A DNA stretch of 64,000 nucleotides from Euglena gracilis (taxonomy: Eukaryota), in NCBI GenBank assembly GCA_039621445.1, contig CP154954.1:3229715-3293714 (forward strand), in the 5' to 3' direction. Positions 62,001 to 64,000 of this stretch are shown in pieces (positions within the stretch are counted from its first letter, which is position 1; each line of letters starts with the position of its first letter). The position numbers were made by a program, and so were the translations under genes. The notes under the pieces are model-generated. The model had not been told where the DNA came from. It was given only the letters and a program-made list of their open reading frames with translations, and made no database searches.

Positions 62001-63883
62001 TGTGGATAATCCTAAACAAAAATTTGTCCTGAATTTTTCCACAGCAATTTTTCCTGTTTGAGTCCCCCCCCCCCTGGTATGGGGGACCCAGATCCAAATT
62101 TCTGTTTTTTTTTGGCCCCACGGCGCTGGGAAACACGCGGTTTCAGGGAAACCGGCAGTGGATTCAAGGAGGATTCCCCCGAAATTGTTGGCATAGGGTT
62201 AGGGTTGGGATTGCCCCGAAAACTGGTCCATTTACCCCCCCCCCCTATGCCCCTATGTCCAATGACCGACAACCTATGTCCTCTGACCGCGGGGGTGGTC
62301 GTTGGACATAGGGTAGTGACCAAAAAGGTGCCCTCTGACCGGGGGGGTGGTCGTCGGACATGGGGTCACAAGAAAGTTGGTGGGCACCCGGGTCCCTACC
62401 CACCCAAAAATGCCCAAATTTTCCCTTTCGGCGCTTTGCGCCGAAAATTTTGGGCAATTTTGACAAATTTTTGTCCAAAAAGTGTCAAAAATGGCATTTT
62501 GGCCAAATTTTTGGCCAATTTTTGGGCAAAATTTTTCGTCCCGGTGCTTCACGCCGGGACCAAAAATTTGGTCAAACCTCCGAAAAGGTGTCCTCTGACC
62601 GGGGGGGTCATTGGACATAGGGGGGTCGTTGGACATAGGGGGGGGGGGTAGGACGAAGGCCAGCAATTAGGTCCCATTTTCGGAAGATTTTTGAATACAT
62701 GTCTTACCAAAAAGAACTCCCCTGAATTCGGTCCACTGGCTCCCATATGCGGCCTGACGTCCGCCTAAATTCCTAAAAATGTACATCCTTTGGGTATCTG
62801 GTTGGAACCCTAGACCTAACACTAGACCCAACTTTCCCCGAAGGTCGGACACGGGTCCCTCCACACGACCCCCCCCCCCCGTTGATCACTCTGCTTGCCC
62901 CCCCCGGGGGGGGGGGCAAATAGACCGAGGCTGCCATGTATTTGCATAATTATATACACACAGACTTACATATGTACACAGTTGCCCATACAACCACCTC
63001 CTTTAATACTCCTAAAATGATAACAGGGGAATGCCATAACTCGGATTTTTGCATCGAAGAAATGATTATCTTTGAAAAACCTGAAAAGTATCATTGCCAA
63101 CCACGCGACTTTTCTGTTTGTATCTCCCTTCGATGACGGTGGGATTAATGAATCATTTCTCACCCCCCCCAAAAAAAATTCAAAATGCAGCAGATTCAGT
63201 GGGGAAAGCCACACCATTCACCGTCCGTGCTTCGCATGGGCAGGCTTGAAGGGGGGACCATTCAGGGACTGGTCCGCCGGTTTGTTCCCAGCCTTGGTGG
63301 GGACACGCAACAGCAGGCCGTCCGCCACGCTGACCCGCTGCGCCGGGGAGTACCGCCGCTCCTTGGGCGGAGGCAATGAGTGTCCGCCGATCGCACGCAT
63401 TAAGCCGCATTCCATCAAACAAAAAAAAAGTTTGCGAAACGAAACCAGAGAACAGCAGCAGAATAAGCACCTGCCTAACACCCCCCTCCCCGAGGAAGCT
63501 GTTAACTCGACAGGTCGGCCAGTGCCAGGACCCTGGAAACTTCCTCTCGTGACTGGTTGGCCACTCCCACCTTCTGCGACAGTTTCCCGGGAGGGGGAGG
63601 GGTGGGCACCCTGAACATCGGCATTGCAACTTCAGAGGTTGGTCACTGATCTGACTTGGGAATGTGCACTGGATGAACAAAAACGTTGGACCCCATGCAG
63701 GTTGAGAGAGTAGTCCGGAGTTCAAATTGGGGGACCACAAGCCAGACTTGACACCGATTGGCCGGCTTCACAGGCTCCCTCTGCATGTCGACGCCAACTG
63801 TTCCAGGAAGGTCTGCGGCCTTGGGGGTCCGTGTCTCGACGCCTCCCGCCTCGCACAGCACCTCGTACACCGGAAGCACCTCT
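56093..63883 (-). CDS. Hypothetical multi-exon protein (5' end outside the window, 3' end unresolved)
   Basis: Candidate exons ~63820-63883, 63293-63361, 59891-59971, 58628-58705, 58317-58372, 56607-56701, 56334-56391, 56238-56274 and ~56093-56136 are GC-rich islands. All have AG acceptors and GT/GC donors except the nonconventional junction at 56392-56606, and all are phase-compatible: ...EVLPVYEVLCEAGGVETRTPK|ERRYSPAQRVSVADGLLLRVPTK|VTYHWTLVDRAVLLQSAEGYEEAYAAM|ARRSAGDHQRARQLLAANPLLAPPDK|LEHAEAGRPWDGVFYFTEN|PDRPDPTLPPQPAPPREGGLRAVGPRGRDTGE|LFGPPVLANLRGGSLPRAR|LQRLFSLCPHAK|WFRQGSVGYKGPFR. Family not recognised. Confidence 0.6.
56397..56603. mobile_element. CAG...CTG-ended MITE (hAT-like) with 8-bp TSD, inserted in a putative exon
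   Basis: TIR CAGGCTTTTTTTTT / AAAAAAAAAGCCTG; flanks GTTCCCCG (56389-56396) and GTTCTCCG (56604-56611), 7/8 identical. Confidence 0.85.
57267..57424. mobile_element. MITE family B copy
   Basis: Colinear with 14736-14895 over its full length. Confidence 0.88.
57471..57766. mobile_element. CAG...CTG-ended MITE, same family as 37459-37635
   Basis: CAGGCTGTTT...ATACGGCCTG; TSD GCCCCAGC/GCCCCAGT; shares the internal gtgccttggagtgcctgcccaggcaggcaccccc motif. Confidence 0.85.
58425..58563. mobile_element. One-ended CAG MITE still bounded by an 8-bp direct repeat
   Basis: Left TIR CAGGGGTTTTTTTTAAAGACC, right TIR missing; CTCGACCC at 58417-58424 and 58564-58571. Confidence 0.65.
58791..59317. mobile_element. 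Poly-C/poly-G-ended MITE family D with nested element at 58911-59101
   Basis: TIR CCCCCCTTGTCTAAGC / GCTTAGACAAGGGGGG; homologous to ~52186-52533, which lacks the nested CCCCCCAATTGAAGCACGGG...CCCGTGCTTCTATTAGGGGG insert. Confidence 0.78.
60308..60392 (+). repeat. (TCTG/CCTG)n microsatellite
   Basis: Direct reading. Confidence 0.9.
61155..61568. mobile_element. AACCCC...GGGGTT-ended element, TA TSD
   Basis: TA|AACCCC...GGGGTT|TA with tandem GGGGGGGTTATAAGT units. Confidence 0.6.
62235..62648. mobile_element. MITE family A copy, TA TSD
   Basis: TA|CCCC...CCTATGTCCAATGACC...GTCGTTGGACATAGGGG|TA; colinear with 41231-41579. Confidence 0.88.
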
Positions 63884-64000
63884 CTGGCAGGGCTGAGCAA
63901 ACGAACGCCTTTGTAGCACGACCCAGAAAACCAACTGCGCCAACTCCCCCTCCCTCACCATCCAAAGTTTGTGTGGTTTAGAATTTTATTGACCAACAGG

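Noticed and set aside
1-64000. rRNA, tRNA, SL RNA or snRNA genes
   Set aside because: None recognised by eye; a covariance-model scan (tRNAscan-SE, Infernal/Rfam) would be needed to exclude small ncRNAs.

Overview
Eukaryotic, intron-rich, repeat-dense genomic DNA. It is most likely from a euglenid, inferred from introns that lack GT-AG ends and instead show the euglenid nonconventional pattern (CAG at +4..+6 pairing with CTG at -8..-6). Almost all ORFs in the supplied track are spurious; real coding sequence occurs as short exons, all on the minus strand. I could hand-assemble four genes: a 12-exon Lsm14/Scd6 gene (31780-43333; LSm, FDF, FFD and TFG motifs; about 462 aa), the N-terminal 7 exons of a Ufd2/UBE4-type ubiquitin E4 ligase (11045-17564, cut by an N-gap), and two phase-consistent hypothetical genes (19972-24771 and ~56093-63883). 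Bases 1-10740 are a near-identical copy of ~27056-37758 ending at the N-gap, probably an unmerged assembly overlap. Introns and intergenic DNA are packed with non-autonomous inverted-repeat elements of three kinds: CAG...CTG-ended elements with 8-bp target-site duplications (TSDs; hAT-like), poly-C...poly-G-ended elements with TA TSDs, and a 2.7-kb element with 24-bp terminal inverted repeats (TIRs) and a 5-bp TSD. The most interesting signal is that a CAG...CTG element plus one 8-bp TSD copy has exactly the geometry of a nonconventional intron (3 nt + 5 nt = 8 nt). One such element appears to sit inside a coding exon as a young intron (56392-56606), and Lsm14 intron 11 looks like a decayed element of the same family. 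All gene models are manual and need transcript confirmation.
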